64,000 nt of DNA from an uncultured Bacilli bacterium (GTDB taxonomy: Bacteria; Bacillota_I; Bacilli_A; RF39; UBA660). This document shows positions 41,161-52,127 of this stretch, in pieces. Made by a program: the position numbers and the translations under genes. How positions within the stretch are numbered: the stretch's first letter is position 1; each line of letters begins with the position of its first letter. Below the pieces are notes generated by a model. That model worked only from the letters and a program-made list of their open reading frames with translations, was not told where the DNA came from and did not search any database. The stretch is taken from NCBI GenBank assembly GCA_944371955.1, contig CALVYB010000001.1, positions 422-64,421 on the forward strand. Direction: 5' to 3'.

Positions 41161-41238
41161 AAAGAACACCTCTTTTTGTTTACAAATTATATCATAATTA
41201 ACTAACTTTTTCAACCAGCAAAAAAGCTCCCCAAGGAG

Positions 41239-42267
41239 CTAATCTAACTTTTGTTGTAATTCCTTTAATGTCATCAAAAATTCATTAGTCTTTCTTATTT
41301 CTTCATCTAATTTATCATAATTAGCTGTATTTTCAAGCTCAATATCTGAAGCAGTAGAAGTTAAAGGCTTTTCAATACCAAACACCGGCGAAATAACTGG
41401 ACTACTTTTAAATTTCTTATGTTCTGAATATACTGAATGTGAGTCCGTATTTATACTTTGTTCATTAGAAATAGAAACAGTCTGAAAATCATCTAAAGCC
41501 ATTTGTTTAGGTTCTAATATAGGTTCGACAACCTCAGTAAAACTTAAACTGTTAGTAGCTTGTGTTTCTGACTGAACAGATTTCATTCTCTGCTCTAAAT
41601 CTTGTAAACTAATAGGTTCATTACCCTCGTCTTCAAGTTTTTCCAACTCTCCACGCTCATACAAAACCTTATTGCGACTCATCAATTCATCCAAACTAAT
41701 AATTGCATTTTGTTCCTGTTCCTCTTCAAAAGCAGTTAAATCAATATTCTTAACTTCTTTTTCTGCTTTTTCAAGAGTTTCAGTTAGTCTCATCAACTCA
41801 GCTTGAGCTTCACTAGGATCTGGCTCAATACTAGTATACTGTAATTGTTCCTCAACAACTTGATTTACTGGAGTTATAACAGGCTCTTCTTCCATAACCT
41901 CTTGTTGAGGCATAACATCTGTTTTTGATACTTCAAATTCCACACTAGTTTGACTAACAGAAAGATTTTCCGAAACAGAAGGTGTATCCTCAACATCCAA
42001 TAAAACCACTTCCTCCTGATTTTCTTCAGTACCCGTAGGGAACAAAACTGATTCTTGAGGATTAACTTTCACCTCTGGAACAGGCTCCAAATTTTGAGAA
42101 TCCTCTAACACTATTTTTTCTAGTTCTCGTGTATTTTGCCTTTGCTTTCTTCTCATTGCAGTTTTATCTAAAAAATAAATAATAAAATACAAAACGGATG
42201 CAATCCCAACCAACACATACACCATTATCATTTCCTCCGTTGTTAAAAACTCGATTAATCCGCTCAT
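41239..42267 (-). CDS. hypothetical acidic membrane-anchored protein (E/Q-rich coiled-coil)
   Basis: Start set at the ATG at 42265..42267, preceded by an AGAGGTGGAAATA ribosome-binding site. One TM helix 'MIMVYVLVGIASVLYFIIYFL', then a highly acidic, E-rich region. Confidence 0.5.
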   Translation of the reverse strand: MSGLIEFLTTEEMIMVYVLVGIASVLYFIIYFLDKTAMRRKQRQNTRELEKIVLEDSQNLEPVPEVKVNPQESVLFPTGTEENQEEVVLLDVEDTPSVSENLSVSQTSVEFEVSKTDVMPQQEVMEEEPVITPVNQVVEEQLQYTSIEPDPSEAQAELMRLTETLEKAEKEVKNIDLTAFEEEQEQNAIISLDELMSRNKVLYERGELEKLEDEGNEPISLQDLEQRMKSVQSETQATNSLSFTEVVEPILEPKQMALDDFQTVSISNEQSINTDSHSVYSEHKKFKSSPVISPVFGIEKPLTSTASDIELENTANYDKLDEEIRKTNEFLMTLKELQQKLD

Positions 42268-42498
42268 TATTTCCACCTCTAAAACCAGTCTATCACAGTT
42301 CATTAATAGGGACAAAGATATAATTTGTTTTTTTAATTTTTTTGACAAATTATATTGACACATTTTTACAATTGTTCGATTGACAATAATTTGACAAGCA
42401 AAAATGAACTGCCTATATAACAATAATATCACAAAATATATTTTTTTAAAGGGATTTTTATAAATTAATAGAATTAATTTTATATCATATAATTAACT

Positions 42499-43800
42499 AT
42501 GAAAGAAAAATTTATAAAATCTGTAATTATATTACTAATCGGTGGACTATTAACCAAATTATTAGGAATGTTAATAAAAATAATTATGAGTAGATTAATC
42601 GGAACAGAAGGATTAGGCCTTTATATGATGATACTTCCAACTTTCTCATTATTTATCGGAATAGGACAATTTGGACTACCTACTGCCCTATCAAAATTAG
42701 TGGCTGAAAAAAAGAAAAATAATATTAAATTGTTTTTTTCCATCTTACCCATTACCGTTTTAATAAACATCCTATTAATCATAGTAATCATTATATCTGC
42801 GCCTATACTTGCCACCACACTTCTTCATGATGGTAGATGCCTTCTTCCGCTTCTTGCGATAGCCGTAGTAATTCCATTTACTAGTCTTTCAAGTATTTGT
42901 AGAAGCTATTTCTTTGGCAAAGAGCAAATGACTCCACACGTAATTTCCAACTTAGTAGAAGATATAGTTAGACTAGTTTTAATGCTAGTAGGAATTCCTT
43001 TCTTTCTACCAAAAGGATTGGAATACGCAGTATGTTTCATTATCTTATCTAACGTTATCAGTGAATTATCCTCAATCTTAGTTTTAATTTTGTTCTTACC
43101 TAAAAATATTCAAATAAAAAAGCAAGATTTAATTCCTAAAAAAAATTACATGAAAGAATCACTTTCTATAGGAATTCCAAATACAACCGGAAGATTATTA
43201 GGAAGTATAGGTTACTTTCTCGAGCCCATACTTTTAACATCAACCTTAATAGCTGCTGGTTATTCATCCAAATATATTACAATAGAATATGGAATTCTCT
43301 CAGGATATGTAATGCCACTCTTATTACTGCCATCCTTTTTTACAATGGCAATATCTCAAGCCTTACTACCAATAGTTTCAAGAGAATACGCAAGAAAAAA
43401 TTACACATCAGTCAAAAGAAAAATTAAGCAAGCAATCTCATATTCCCTTCTCATAGGAATCCCAATAACCATCTTTTTCTTAATCTTACCAGAACTACCT
43501 TTAAAATTAATTTATCATACAACTGAAGGAACAAACTATATAAGATTTTTAGCTCCAATTTGTCTGTTCCAATATATACAATCTCCTCTTTCCTATGCCT
43601 TAGATGCCATGGGAAAAAGTAAAGATGCTATGGTAGCAACAACAATAGGAGTAATAACCCGCTCAACGTTACTAGTAGCCCTATCCTTATTAAAAATAGG
43701 ATTATGGGGATTAATTATTTCCATTTCCATAAATGTATTAGTAGTAACAGCTTATTCTATCAACCGAGTAAAAAAACACCTGACTATTTATAATAGATAA
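42499..43800 (+). CDS. MOP-superfamily polysaccharide/lipid-linked oligosaccharide flippase (SpoVB/MurJ/Wzx-like)
   Basis: 433 aa and polytopic with about 12 TM helices. Typical flippase N-terminus 'KSVIILLIGGLLTKLLGMLIKIIMSRLIGTEGLGLY'. Confidence 0.6.
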   Translation: MKEKFIKSVIILLIGGLLTKLLGMLIKIIMSRLIGTEGLGLYMMILPTFSLFIGIGQFGLPTALSKLVAEKKKNNIKLFFSILPITVLINILLIIVIIISAPILATTLLHDGRCLLPLLAIAVVIPFTSLSSICRSYFFGKEQMTPHVISNLVEDIVRLVLMLVGIPFFLPKGLEYAVCFIILSNVISELSSILVLILFLPKNIQIKKQDLIPKKNYMKESLSIGIPNTTGRLLGSIGYFLEPILLTSTLIAAGYSSKYITIEYGILSGYVMPLLLLPSFFTMAISQALLPIVSREYARKNYTSVKRKIKQAISYSLLIGIPITIFFLILPELPLKLIYHTTEGTNYIRFLAPICLFQYIQSPLSYALDAMGKSKDAMVATTIGVITRSTLLVALSLLKIGLWGLIISISINVLVVTAYSINRVKKHLTIYNR

Positions 43801-43956
43801 CACTAAAAATATAGTAGCAAAAAACACTTCCATATCCTTTATCATTGATACCTAAAATATGATTATTAAAACATCGAAAAAAATCCCTATTTTTGTTGAT
43901 TTTTCACGCAAATTACACATTATTTAGTATAATATTACTACAGGGAGGGATTTCAA

Positions 43957-44630
43957 TGAAAATATTAGTTGTAGATGACGAAACTATGATACGAGAAGTC
44001 ATCAAAGAATATTGTGCTGCCAATCGTTTTACTACCGATGAAGCAGCTAGCGGAAAAGAAGCTTTACAAAAGCTAGAAACCAATACTTATGATTTAATGG
44101 TATTAGATATTATGATGCCAGAAATGGACGGTTATACATTGCTAGAGAAACTTCCAAGTGACAAGAAAATCCCTACTCTCGTACTATCAGCGAGAGGAGA
44201 AGAATTAGATAAACTTCATGGATTTGAACTAGGAATTGACGACTATTTAACGAAACCATTCTCACCAAAGGAGTTAATAGCCCGCATTAAAGCAATACAT
44301 AACCGAACCAGCAAAAATTTACCCAATATATATAAACTCAATACTCTCGAACTTAATTTTTCTGCTCATACTTTAAAAATAGATAATAAACTAATAAATA
44401 TTACTCCAAAAGAGTTTGAAATCCTTACCTATTTAATAAAAAACAAAGATATTGCCATATCTAGAGAACAATTACTATCAAAACTTTGGGGATATGACTA
44501 CTTCGGAGATGATCGTACAGTAGATACTCATATAAAAATGCTTCGAAATAATTTAGGAAATTATAGAAAGCACATCGTAACAGTACGAGGAACTGGATAT
44601 AAATTTGTAGAAAACAATGAAGAAGAATAG
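43957..44630 (+). CDS. OmpR-family response regulator
   Basis: Start set at the ATG at 43957 (MKILVVDDE), preceded by a CAGGGAGGG ribosome-binding site. Receiver domain (D-D-K pattern) plus winged-helix C-terminus 'VRGTGYKF'. Confidence 0.85.
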
Positions 44631-46011
44631 TCTACATATAAAAATATGGCAATATTTTTTAATATTTTCCTTACTGATTTTGGGATTCCTATGGACATTC
44701 CAAGTTCTTTTTTTAAAACAATTTTACCGCATGAGTAAAACTAAAGATATCGCAGAAGCCGCAAATACACTAATTAAATACAAAAATAACCCTAACGTAG
44801 CCGACATCGTAGATCAACAAGCCATGGACAAAAGTGTCTGTATAGAAGTAGTAAATGAAAAAATAAACACATTATATACTTCTATGTATTTTGGCAAAGG
44901 CTGTATCTCTAGCAAAGAACAATCTTTAAAATACAAAACCGACTTTATAAAAAGCAACAAAGAAAGCCAAACCTATGAACTTATTAATCCAATGTACGAT
45001 AATAGAACCTTAATTCAAGCAATCAAATTAGATTCAAAAAATTATGCCTTTATAAATACTTCAATGGATCCCATTGACGGAACCGTTGATATCTTACAAA
45101 CACAATTAATATATGTCACTATCATCGTACTTATCTTATCATTCATTATAGCTTATTTTATATCAAAACATATATCTGAACCAATTGTTGAAATGAATCA
45201 AACTGCCAAAGGTCTTGCGAAAGGAAAATTCAACGTATCTTTCCGTTCAGCAGAAGATATCCTAGAATTAAACGAACTTGCAACCACACTAAACTATGCC
45301 AAAGATGAATTAGAAAAAACTGACGAATTAAGACAAGACTTAATGGCAAACGTATCTCATGACTTAAAGACTCCTTTAACCATGATAAAAGCTTATGCTG
45401 AAATGAGTAGAGATCTTCATATAAAAGATAAGAAAAAACAAAAAGAAGATATAAATATCATCATAAGTGAAGTAGATCGCTTAACAATACTAGTAAATGA
45501 CATTTTAGAATTATCAAAAATGCAATCAAACATCAACGAATTGCAAAAAGAACAATTTGACTTAATAAAATTAACTCAAGAAATAATTCATCGATATAAA
45601 ATATTACAAGAAACAGAAAATTACAAATTCGAATTCAACCATAATGAAGAGAAATTATTAATTACCGCCGACAAAAAGAAATTAGAACAAGTAATTTACA
45701 ATCTCATAAATAATGCAATTAACTATACCGGGGAAGATAATAAAGTAATTATAAATATAATAAAAGAAGAAAAAAATATATTAGTGGAAATAAAAGATAC
45801 AGGTAAAGGAATTAAAAAAGAAGACCTACCATACATCTGGGATAAATACTATAAAAACAAAAAGAAACACAAACGAAATTTAATAGGTACTGGATTAGGT
45901 TTATCAATCGTAAAAAACGTCTTACAATTACATAACTACGACTTCGGTGTAACCTCACAAAAAGACAAAGGTTCAACATTCTATTTTAAAATACCAAATA
46001 TTAATCAATAA
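44617..46011 (+). CDS. sensor histidine kinase
   Basis: Two TM helices, H-box 'NVSHDLKTPLT', and N, G1 and G2 boxes ('NLINNAINYT', 'DTGKGI', 'GTGLGLSIV'). Overlaps the response-regulator stop by 14 nt. Confidence 0.85.
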   Translation: MKKNSLHIKIWQYFLIFSLLILGFLWTFQVLFLKQFYRMSKTKDIAEAANTLIKYKNNPNVADIVDQQAMDKSVCIEVVNEKINTLYTSMYFGKGCISSKEQSLKYKTDFIKSNKESQTYELINPMYDNRTLIQAIKLDSKNYAFINTSMDPIDGTVDILQTQLIYVTIIVLILSFIIAYFISKHISEPIVEMNQTAKGLAKGKFNVSFRSAEDILELNELATTLNYAKDELEKTDELRQDLMANVSHDLKTPLTMIKAYAEMSRDLHIKDKKKQKEDINIIISEVDRLTILVNDILELSKMQSNINELQKEQFDLIKLTQEIIHRYKILQETENYKFEFNHNEEKLLITADKKKLEQVIYNLINNAINYTGEDNKVIINIIKEEKNILVEIKDTGKGIKKEDLPYIWDKYYKNKKKHKRNLIGTGLGLSIVKNVLQLHNYDFGVTSQKDKGSTFYFKIPNINQ

Positions 46012-46016
46012 AAAAA

Positions 46017-47426
46017 GAGTCTGTAAAAAACTTTGTGTAAAGTAGAAATCCTTTCTATGGTAATATAGAAATATATACCAAGAAAGGATTTTTAAATGAA
46101 AGAAAATAAAAATAATGAAGTAGTAAAATATATATTAGAAAATTATGATATAAAAAATGCAAATGATATTGCTGATGCTTTAAAAGATATGTTTAAAGAT
46201 ACAATACAAACAATGATGAATGCAGAATTTGATTCATCCATGGGATATGAAAAAAGTGATAGCAAAGTAGAAAAAACCAATTATAGAAATGGTTATTCAA
46301 CCAAGAATGTAAAAAGTAAGTTTGGAGAATTTGAACTTTCTGTACCAAGAGATAGAAACGCAGAATTTGAACCACAAATAGTTCCAAAAAATAAAAGAGA
46401 TATTACAGGAATTGAAGAAAAAGTAATAAATCTTTATGGAAAAGGATTGTCAACAAGAGAAATAAGTGATTCAATCGAAGATATATATGGAGTGCAGCTT
46501 TCAGCCACAATGATAAGTAATATAACCGATGCCGTTTTAGAAGAAATAGAGGAATGGCAAAAAAGACCTTTAAAAGAGGTCTATCCAATTATATTTATTG
46601 ATGCAATACATTTTAATGTAAAACAAGAAAATGTCATTGTTAAGAAAGCAGCTTATGTAATTTTAGGAGTAACTCCAGAAGGTTTTAAGGAAGTATTAGG
46701 AATATGGATTGGAGAAAATGAATCGGCAAAATATTGGTTAAGTGTACTCAATGAATTAAAAAATCGTGGAGTTAAAGATATATTAATAATTTGTTCTGAT
46801 GGATTAAAAGGAATAAGCGAGGCTATTAAAGCTGTTTTTCCAAATACTATGCAACAAAGATGTATTGTTCATTTAATCAGAAATTCTGTTAAGTTTGTTT
46901 CTTATAAACACTTAAAAGAATTTTGTAATGATTTAAGAACTATATATAAATCAAATACTGAAAAGGAGGCACGAGAAAATTTAGAAAAAGTAAAACAAAA
47001 ATGGAATTCCATTTATCCAACAAGTTTAAAAGTATGGGAAGATAATTGGGAAGCAATTTGTACTTTATTTAATTATTCTAAAGAATTAAGAAAAATAATG
47101 TATACAACAAATGCGATTGAGAGCCTGAATCGTTCTTATCGCAAATACACAAAAACTAAAGGTGTATTTACTAGTGATAATTCTTTGATGAAATGTTTAT
47201 ATTTATCCACTAAGAACATTGAGAAAAAATGGACTACTAGATACCCCAACTGGGATATGATTTATAATGAATTAAATATTTTATATCCAGATCGTTTAAT
47301 TTGATATTTGAAAATTTATTAAATCATGATAATATTTGATTATAAAAAAAGAGACTGAGTTCTTCAATCTCTAAAAAATCTTGTTACCATAGATTGGTAT
47401 CTTTACACAAAGTTTTTTACACTCTC
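46017..47426 (+). mobile_element. IS256-family insertion sequence with 26-bp imperfect terminal inverted repeats and an 8-bp target-site duplication TAAAAAAA (46009..46016 and 47427..47434)
   Basis: Left inverted repeat GAGTCTGTAAAAAACTTTGTGTAAAG (46017..46042). Right inverted repeat, reverse complement of 47401..47426, is GAGAGTGTAAAAAACTTTGTGTAAAG. The two direct repeats flanking it are identical. Confidence 0.85.
46096..47304 (+). CDS. IS256-family transposase
   Basis: 402 aa. MULE/IS256 DDE transposase motifs ('IFIDAIHFNV', 'ICSDGLKG'). Confidence 0.9.
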   Translation: MKENKNNEVVKYILENYDIKNANDIADALKDMFKDTIQTMMNAEFDSSMGYEKSDSKVEKTNYRNGYSTKNVKSKFGEFELSVPRDRNAEFEPQIVPKNKRDITGIEEKVINLYGKGLSTREISDSIEDIYGVQLSATMISNITDAVLEEIEEWQKRPLKEVYPIIFIDAIHFNVKQENVIVKKAAYVILGVTPEGFKEVLGIWIGENESAKYWLSVLNELKNRGVKDILIICSDGLKGISEAIKAVFPNTMQQRCIVHLIRNSVKFVSYKHLKEFCNDLRTIYKSNTEKEARENLEKVKQKWNSIYPTSLKVWEDNWEAICTLFNYSKELRKIMYTTNAIESLNRSYRKYTKTKGVFTSDNSLMKCLYLSTKNIEKKWTTRYPNWDMIYNELNILYPDRLI

Positions 47427-47456
47427 TAAAAAAACTCTAACTTTAGAGTTTTTTTA
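47427..47456. terminator. bidirectional rho-independent terminator (A7-ACTCTA-ACTT-TAGAGT-T7) whose 5' A-tract was the IS256 target
   Basis: It lies between the convergent histidine-kinase gene (after the IS) and the minus-strand gene ending at 47457. Confidence 0.6.
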
Positions 47457-48374
47457 TTATAATTCTCCATTCAAAAATTTTTCATCCATAGTATCTAATA
47501 AATCAACCAACCTATTTGCAAACTCTTTACCTTCCATAAATTCTACACTAGTAGAAGAATGCAAAGTCATAAAAGCAGTTTTTTCTAAAATAGGAATTAG
47601 AAATTCTTGTTGACTAGTAGTAATTCTTAAAACCATCTCATAACAACTATTTTTATTAGCCGTAAGCCTAGTTCTACGATTACTCTTCTTTTCCCTTATC
47701 ACCATATTATCTAGTAATAATTCATAATTTTTTATATCCCATATATTATATTTATAATGGAAAGTCTTTGTATGAAATACAACTTCATTGTTTTTACCAA
47801 TACTAATCCCTGAAGCAATATTATTAAGATAACAAACACACGGTACAGTATCACAAAACATCTGAAGCTGCATTTGTATTAAATTCTCACGATAATTAGC
47901 ATCTTGCAATAACTTAATAAATTGAACAATTGAATCATTAGTACCATTAACTTCAAAAAGCATATTGCTTATAGATAAAGTCTTGCTCAATAACCCACTT
48001 TTAACAACTATTAATGACAAATCCTGATAACAATATTTTAAATAACCATCTATATGAATCAGCCATAAATATTTTGTAGTAGCAACAAAATAAAACTTGA
48101 TACCAGATTTGCACTCTATAGCATATAAACAAGAAACACAAACCTCATCTATAGGAATAAGTCCACGTAAAGCGATTGCATCCCTTTCATTTAAATCAGG
48201 ACACAAATCCATAAGAAGTTTATAACTAATAGTTAATTTTTCTTTATCAACCAAAGTATATGGATAAAACGTAGGAAGCAAAAAAGACTTAGCCAACAAC
48301 TCTTGATATTTGATATTTTCTTCCTGTATTTTTTTATATTTATCTAAAGCACTATTCAAAAACTGTTTAAACAT
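47457..48374 (-). CDS. hypothetical protein (305 aa)
   Basis: Long ORF with no recognisable domain. Transcribed downstream of helD. Confidence 0.45.
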   Translation of the reverse strand: MFKQFLNSALDKYKKIQEENIKYQELLAKSFLLPTFYPYTLVDKEKLTISYKLLMDLCPDLNERDAIALRGLIPIDEVCVSCLYAIECKSGIKFYFVATTKYLWLIHIDGYLKYCYQDLSLIVVKSGLLSKTLSISNMLFEVNGTNDSIVQFIKLLQDANYRENLIQMQLQMFCDTVPCVCYLNNIASGISIGKNNEVVFHTKTFHYKYNIWDIKNYELLLDNMVIREKKSNRRTRLTANKNSCYEMVLRITTSQQEFLIPILEKTAFMTLHSSTSVEFMEGKEFANRLVDLLDTMDEKFLNGEL

Positions 48375-48443
48375 AGAACCTCACTCCAACAACGCAATAT
48401 GATAATACCTAACACTATAATCATATCATAAATTTGTCAATAA

Positions 48444-50474
48444 TTAATTATAAATATAAAGTTCATGTTGCGCCCGAGTGCAAGCTACATATAACAAATT
48501 GCGCTCATTACTTTTATAAGAATTACTTCGATCATTATACAAAATAACACCGTCAAATTCTAATCCTTTTGCTAAATACGCAGGCACCAAAATAAGATCT
48601 CTTTTAAAGTTTTTAGTATCTAATGTAATGTACGAAATAGAAATATCGTCTTTAATAAGGTTATAAATTTTTTCAGCTTCAACGTCATCTTTCGTGATAA
48701 TAGCAACACTACTATAGATTTTCTTTAAAGTAAAAATATCATCTAATAAAGAATCTTTTAAATTACTAATATGCTTACGAAAAACAATAGGCTTATGATT
48801 ATCTCTACGAATAGCATTTACATGATTTAAATTCAAAATTTTATTTGTATACTCAATAATTTCAGGAGATGAACGATAAGTTTTCAAAAGCTCAATATAT
48901 TTACTATCATTTTTTAAAACCGAACTTAACTCTTGTAAAGATTGATAACTATAGTATGGATTAATATTTTGATTAACATCACCCAAAATAGTAAAATCTG
49001 CCCGAGAAAATATTTTAGAGATAATAATATATTGCAACTTATTGTAATCTTGAGCTTCATCAATAACTACCTGTCTAATTTGTTGCTCATACGGAAACCC
49101 GTTTAAAATACCTTTCATATAAGCAAATAACAAAGCATCTTCATAATATAAAACTTTACGTTTAATAAATTTATCTATTTCTCTTTCTGTTAAAGATACT
49201 TTACAATATGGGCTAAGATAGAACCCTTTATAAATTTCTTTAAAGTCTTTCTTAAAGTTAGCATGTTCCTTTAATAGTTTCCGAAAAGTACCAGTCTTTT
49301 TACCGCTACCATTATAAAAGTTGGAAGAAAGCTTTTTAGCAATCTCTTCCACTCTCTCAAACAATGGTAATCTATCATATTTATAATGCAACCAATGATT
49401 AATTTCATCTTTTTGAACAAAGTAAATATCATCCTCATAAAACGACTCTACAAATTCAGCCCCAGAAACATAATCTTTTAAATATAAATCTAAGTCTTCA
49501 ATAATAACATCACTTTGCTTATACTTTATCACATCTAAATCAGGAACTTGATAAGTATAATATCTTGCCACAAAGTCAGTAAAAGACTCAACCTCTTTAT
49601 ATTCAGTAATACTATAAGATAAATAGTCATTAAATGTCGTCTGTAAAGTATTTTTTTCTCCAAGTGAAGGCAAAACATCTGATATATATTCTGTAAAAAT
49701 AGGATTAGGAGAAAATATAAAAATATTATTACTAGATAAATTCTGAAGACGATATAATAAAAAAGCAATTCTATGTAAAGCAACAGTAGTTTTTCCACTA
49801 CCAGCTATCCCTTGCACAATCAAATTATGATCTTCCAAATTACGAATTACCTGATTTTGTTCTTGTTGAATCGTATTAACTACATTCTTCATTTTATCAC
49901 TAGACTCTCTAGCTAATACTTCCTGTAACACTTCATCATCAATATTCAAAGAATTATCAAACACGCCCAATAATTGAGAATCTTCAATTTTATATTGCCG
50001 TTTTCGTTTTAATTCACCAAAATATTCGCCACCCGGTGCCTTATAAGAACAAGGTCCAATTTCATAATCATAAAACAAACTGCAAATAGGGCTTCGCCAA
50101 TCATATAAAATATTATTAAAATCCTTATCTTTTAGATAAGTAAGGGAAATATAAATATTCCAAGCCTTCCCATATTCATCCTTAAAAACAATAGATGCAA
50201 AATAAGGCTTATGTTTAATTCGATTAAGTCTTTGAAAATATTCCCTCTTTCGCAAAACTCTTTCAGCTTCTTGACTAGTCGCAGCCATCACTTGATTCAT
50301 TTCACCAGAATCAAAATTATAAGAATTTTCCCACATCATTTTTTTAAATTCAGTAAAATCTTCTTCATCTTGATAGACATCTTGTCCCAATTCTTCCAAC
50401 GTAGAACCTAATAAAACCTGTACTTTTGCTAAAATTTGTTCTTCTTTTTGATAATCTTTTTTAGAAATTCCCAT
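48444..50474 (-). CDS. helD: UvrD/Rep-family helicase, HelD (helicase IV)-like
   Basis: Start set at the ATG at 50472..50474 (AGGAGGTAGT ribosome-binding site). Walker A 'GIAGSGKTTVALHRIAFLLY', the 'VIDEAQDY' motif and a HelD-like N-terminal domain. Confidence 0.75.
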   Translation of the reverse strand: MGISKKDYQKEEQILAKVQVLLGSTLEELGQDVYQDEEDFTEFKKMMWENSYNFDSGEMNQVMAATSQEAERVLRKREYFQRLNRIKHKPYFASIVFKDEYGKAWNIYISLTYLKDKDFNNILYDWRSPICSLFYDYEIGPCSYKAPGGEYFGELKRKRQYKIEDSQLLGVFDNSLNIDDEVLQEVLARESSDKMKNVVNTIQQEQNQVIRNLEDHNLIVQGIAGSGKTTVALHRIAFLLYRLQNLSSNNIFIFSPNPIFTEYISDVLPSLGEKNTLQTTFNDYLSYSITEYKEVESFTDFVARYYTYQVPDLDVIKYKQSDVIIEDLDLYLKDYVSGAEFVESFYEDDIYFVQKDEINHWLHYKYDRLPLFERVEEIAKKLSSNFYNGSGKKTGTFRKLLKEHANFKKDFKEIYKGFYLSPYCKVSLTEREIDKFIKRKVLYYEDALLFAYMKGILNGFPYEQQIRQVVIDEAQDYNKLQYIIISKIFSRADFTILGDVNQNINPYYSYQSLQELSSVLKNDSKYIELLKTYRSSPEIIEYTNKILNLNHVNAIRRDNHKPIVFRKHISNLKDSLLDDIFTLKKIYSSVAIITKDDVEAEKIYNLIKDDISISYITLDTKNFKRDLILVPAYLAKGLEFDGVILYNDRSNSYKSNERNLLYVACTRAQHELYIYN

Positions 50475-50620
50475 ACTACCTCCTATATTTTTTCGAAAAC
50501 TAAGAAACGCCAAAAAACTACATAATCTATGCAGCTCCCCCTACAAAATGTAATTTTTTAGCAAACGTCTATTTCAATATAGCACAACAAAAAAGAAGTT
50601 ACAAGAACAACTTAATAAAA

Positions 50621-51991
50621 TTATAAATTACTCTTTAATATAGTAAGAAATTCCTCCTGTAACCTCTGCAATCTATCTTCTGTTTTAGCTTCAAACCTAA
50701 CTGTGATATTAGGGCCTGTATTACTAGCTCGTACTAAAGCCCATCCATCATCAAATAATACTTTAACGCCATCAATATCCAAATAGTGATAACCTTTGCT
50801 TTTAGCGTATTCACCAACTTTAGCTACAACGTCAAATTTTATCTCATCTTGAGCCGTAAATTTCAATTCAGGTGTTGAATAATATTTAGGTATTCCCGTA
50901 GCTAAATCGTCAACTGTTTTATCAGTATGAGATAAAATTTCTAATAACCTAAGTCCAGCATAAAGCCCAGAGTCAAAGCCAGGCCAACGATCTCTAAAAT
51001 AAACATGTCCTGATAACTCCCCTCCAAATGGCAAATCAAAATCTCGAACGGCTGCTTTAGTATAAGAGTTTCCAGTACGATAACAAATACCTTTACCTCC
51101 AAGTCTTTGAATTTCATCTTCAACTGCTTTAGAACATTTTACATCATACAAAAATTCTTTCTTAGACACTTTAGAAATAATATCACGGATAATTAAAATC
51201 ATATAATAATCAGTAGGCAAAAACTTTCCAGAATTTGTAACTAACCCCATACGATCTCCATCTCCATCGAAACCTAATCCAACATCAGCCCCAACTTCCA
51301 AAACCTTTTGTTTTAATTGAGCCAAATTATCTTCAACACAAGGATCAGGATGATGATTAGGAAAATTACCATCACTTTCGCCATTAATCACCACTAAATC
51401 AATTGGAAACATCTGATACAATTTCTTAGCAATTACACTAGTAGTACCATTTCCCGGATCAATAACAACTTTTACTCTCCTAGAACCGAAATGAAGACTA
51501 TTACTAAATAAATCGACATATTCATTTTCTATATCATAAGTAGATAACGTTCCTTTTCCTTCTTGAAAATCTCCTTGTAAAATATAAGCTAAAAAATCCT
51601 GAATTTCTTGTCCCTTACAATTTCCTCTTTCATCAAAAGCAAATTTAAATCCATTATCATCTTTTGGATTATGAGAAGCAGTTACCATAACACCACTATA
51701 AATTTTTAACTTAATACATGCATAATAATACATAGGAGTCGTGCAAAGACCTAACGAAATAATATTTACACCAGTAGATAAAATACCTTGAATCAAAGCT
51801 TCATACAACACTGGGCTACTAAGTCGATTATCATGTCCAACAATACATTCAGTTTTCCCAAGTTTTTGAATATAACTACCAAATCCCAAACCAATTGTAT
51901 AAGCCGTATCTTCATCTATTTCACTAGGATAAACTCCTCTAATATCATATCCTCTAAATATATTCCTATTAATATTGTATTTATAATTCAT
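50621..51991 (-). CDS. phosphoglucomutase/phosphomannomutase family protein
   Basis: Active-site 'TASHNP' with a four-domain alpha-D-phosphohexomutase layout ('GYDIRG', 'GFDGDGDR', 'GGELSGH'). Confidence 0.85.
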   Translation of the reverse strand: MNYKYNINRNIFRGYDIRGVYPSEIDEDTAYTIGLGFGSYIQKLGKTECIVGHDNRLSSPVLYEALIQGILSTGVNIISLGLCTTPMYYYACIKLKIYSGVMVTASHNPKDDNGFKFAFDERGNCKGQEIQDFLAYILQGDFQEGKGTLSTYDIENEYVDLFSNSLHFGSRRVKVVIDPGNGTTSVIAKKLYQMFPIDLVVINGESDGNFPNHHPDPCVEDNLAQLKQKVLEVGADVGLGFDGDGDRMGLVTNSGKFLPTDYYMILIIRDIISKVSKKEFLYDVKCSKAVEDEIQRLGGKGICYRTGNSYTKAAVRDFDLPFGGELSGHVYFRDRWPGFDSGLYAGLRLLEILSHTDKTVDDLATGIPKYYSTPELKFTAQDEIKFDVVAKVGEYAKSKGYHYLDIDGVKVLFDDGWALVRASNTGPNITVRFEAKTEDRLQRLQEEFLTILKSNL

Positions 51992-52082
51992 ATCATCACT
52001 CCTAATACAATAATAACATAATCAATAGATATTCTCAAATAGAACATTAATATTAAAACTCAATTATAAAGCAAAAAATAAA

Positions 52083-52101
52083 AGAGTGATTAAATCACTC
52101 T
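52083..52101 (-). terminator. rho-independent terminator of the pilin-adhesin operon
   Basis: AGAGTGAT-TAA-ATCACTCT hairpin followed by a T-run on the minus strand, 27 nt after the stop at 52128. Confidence 0.5.
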
Positions 52102-52127
52102 ACTGCACATCTTAACTTATATATACA

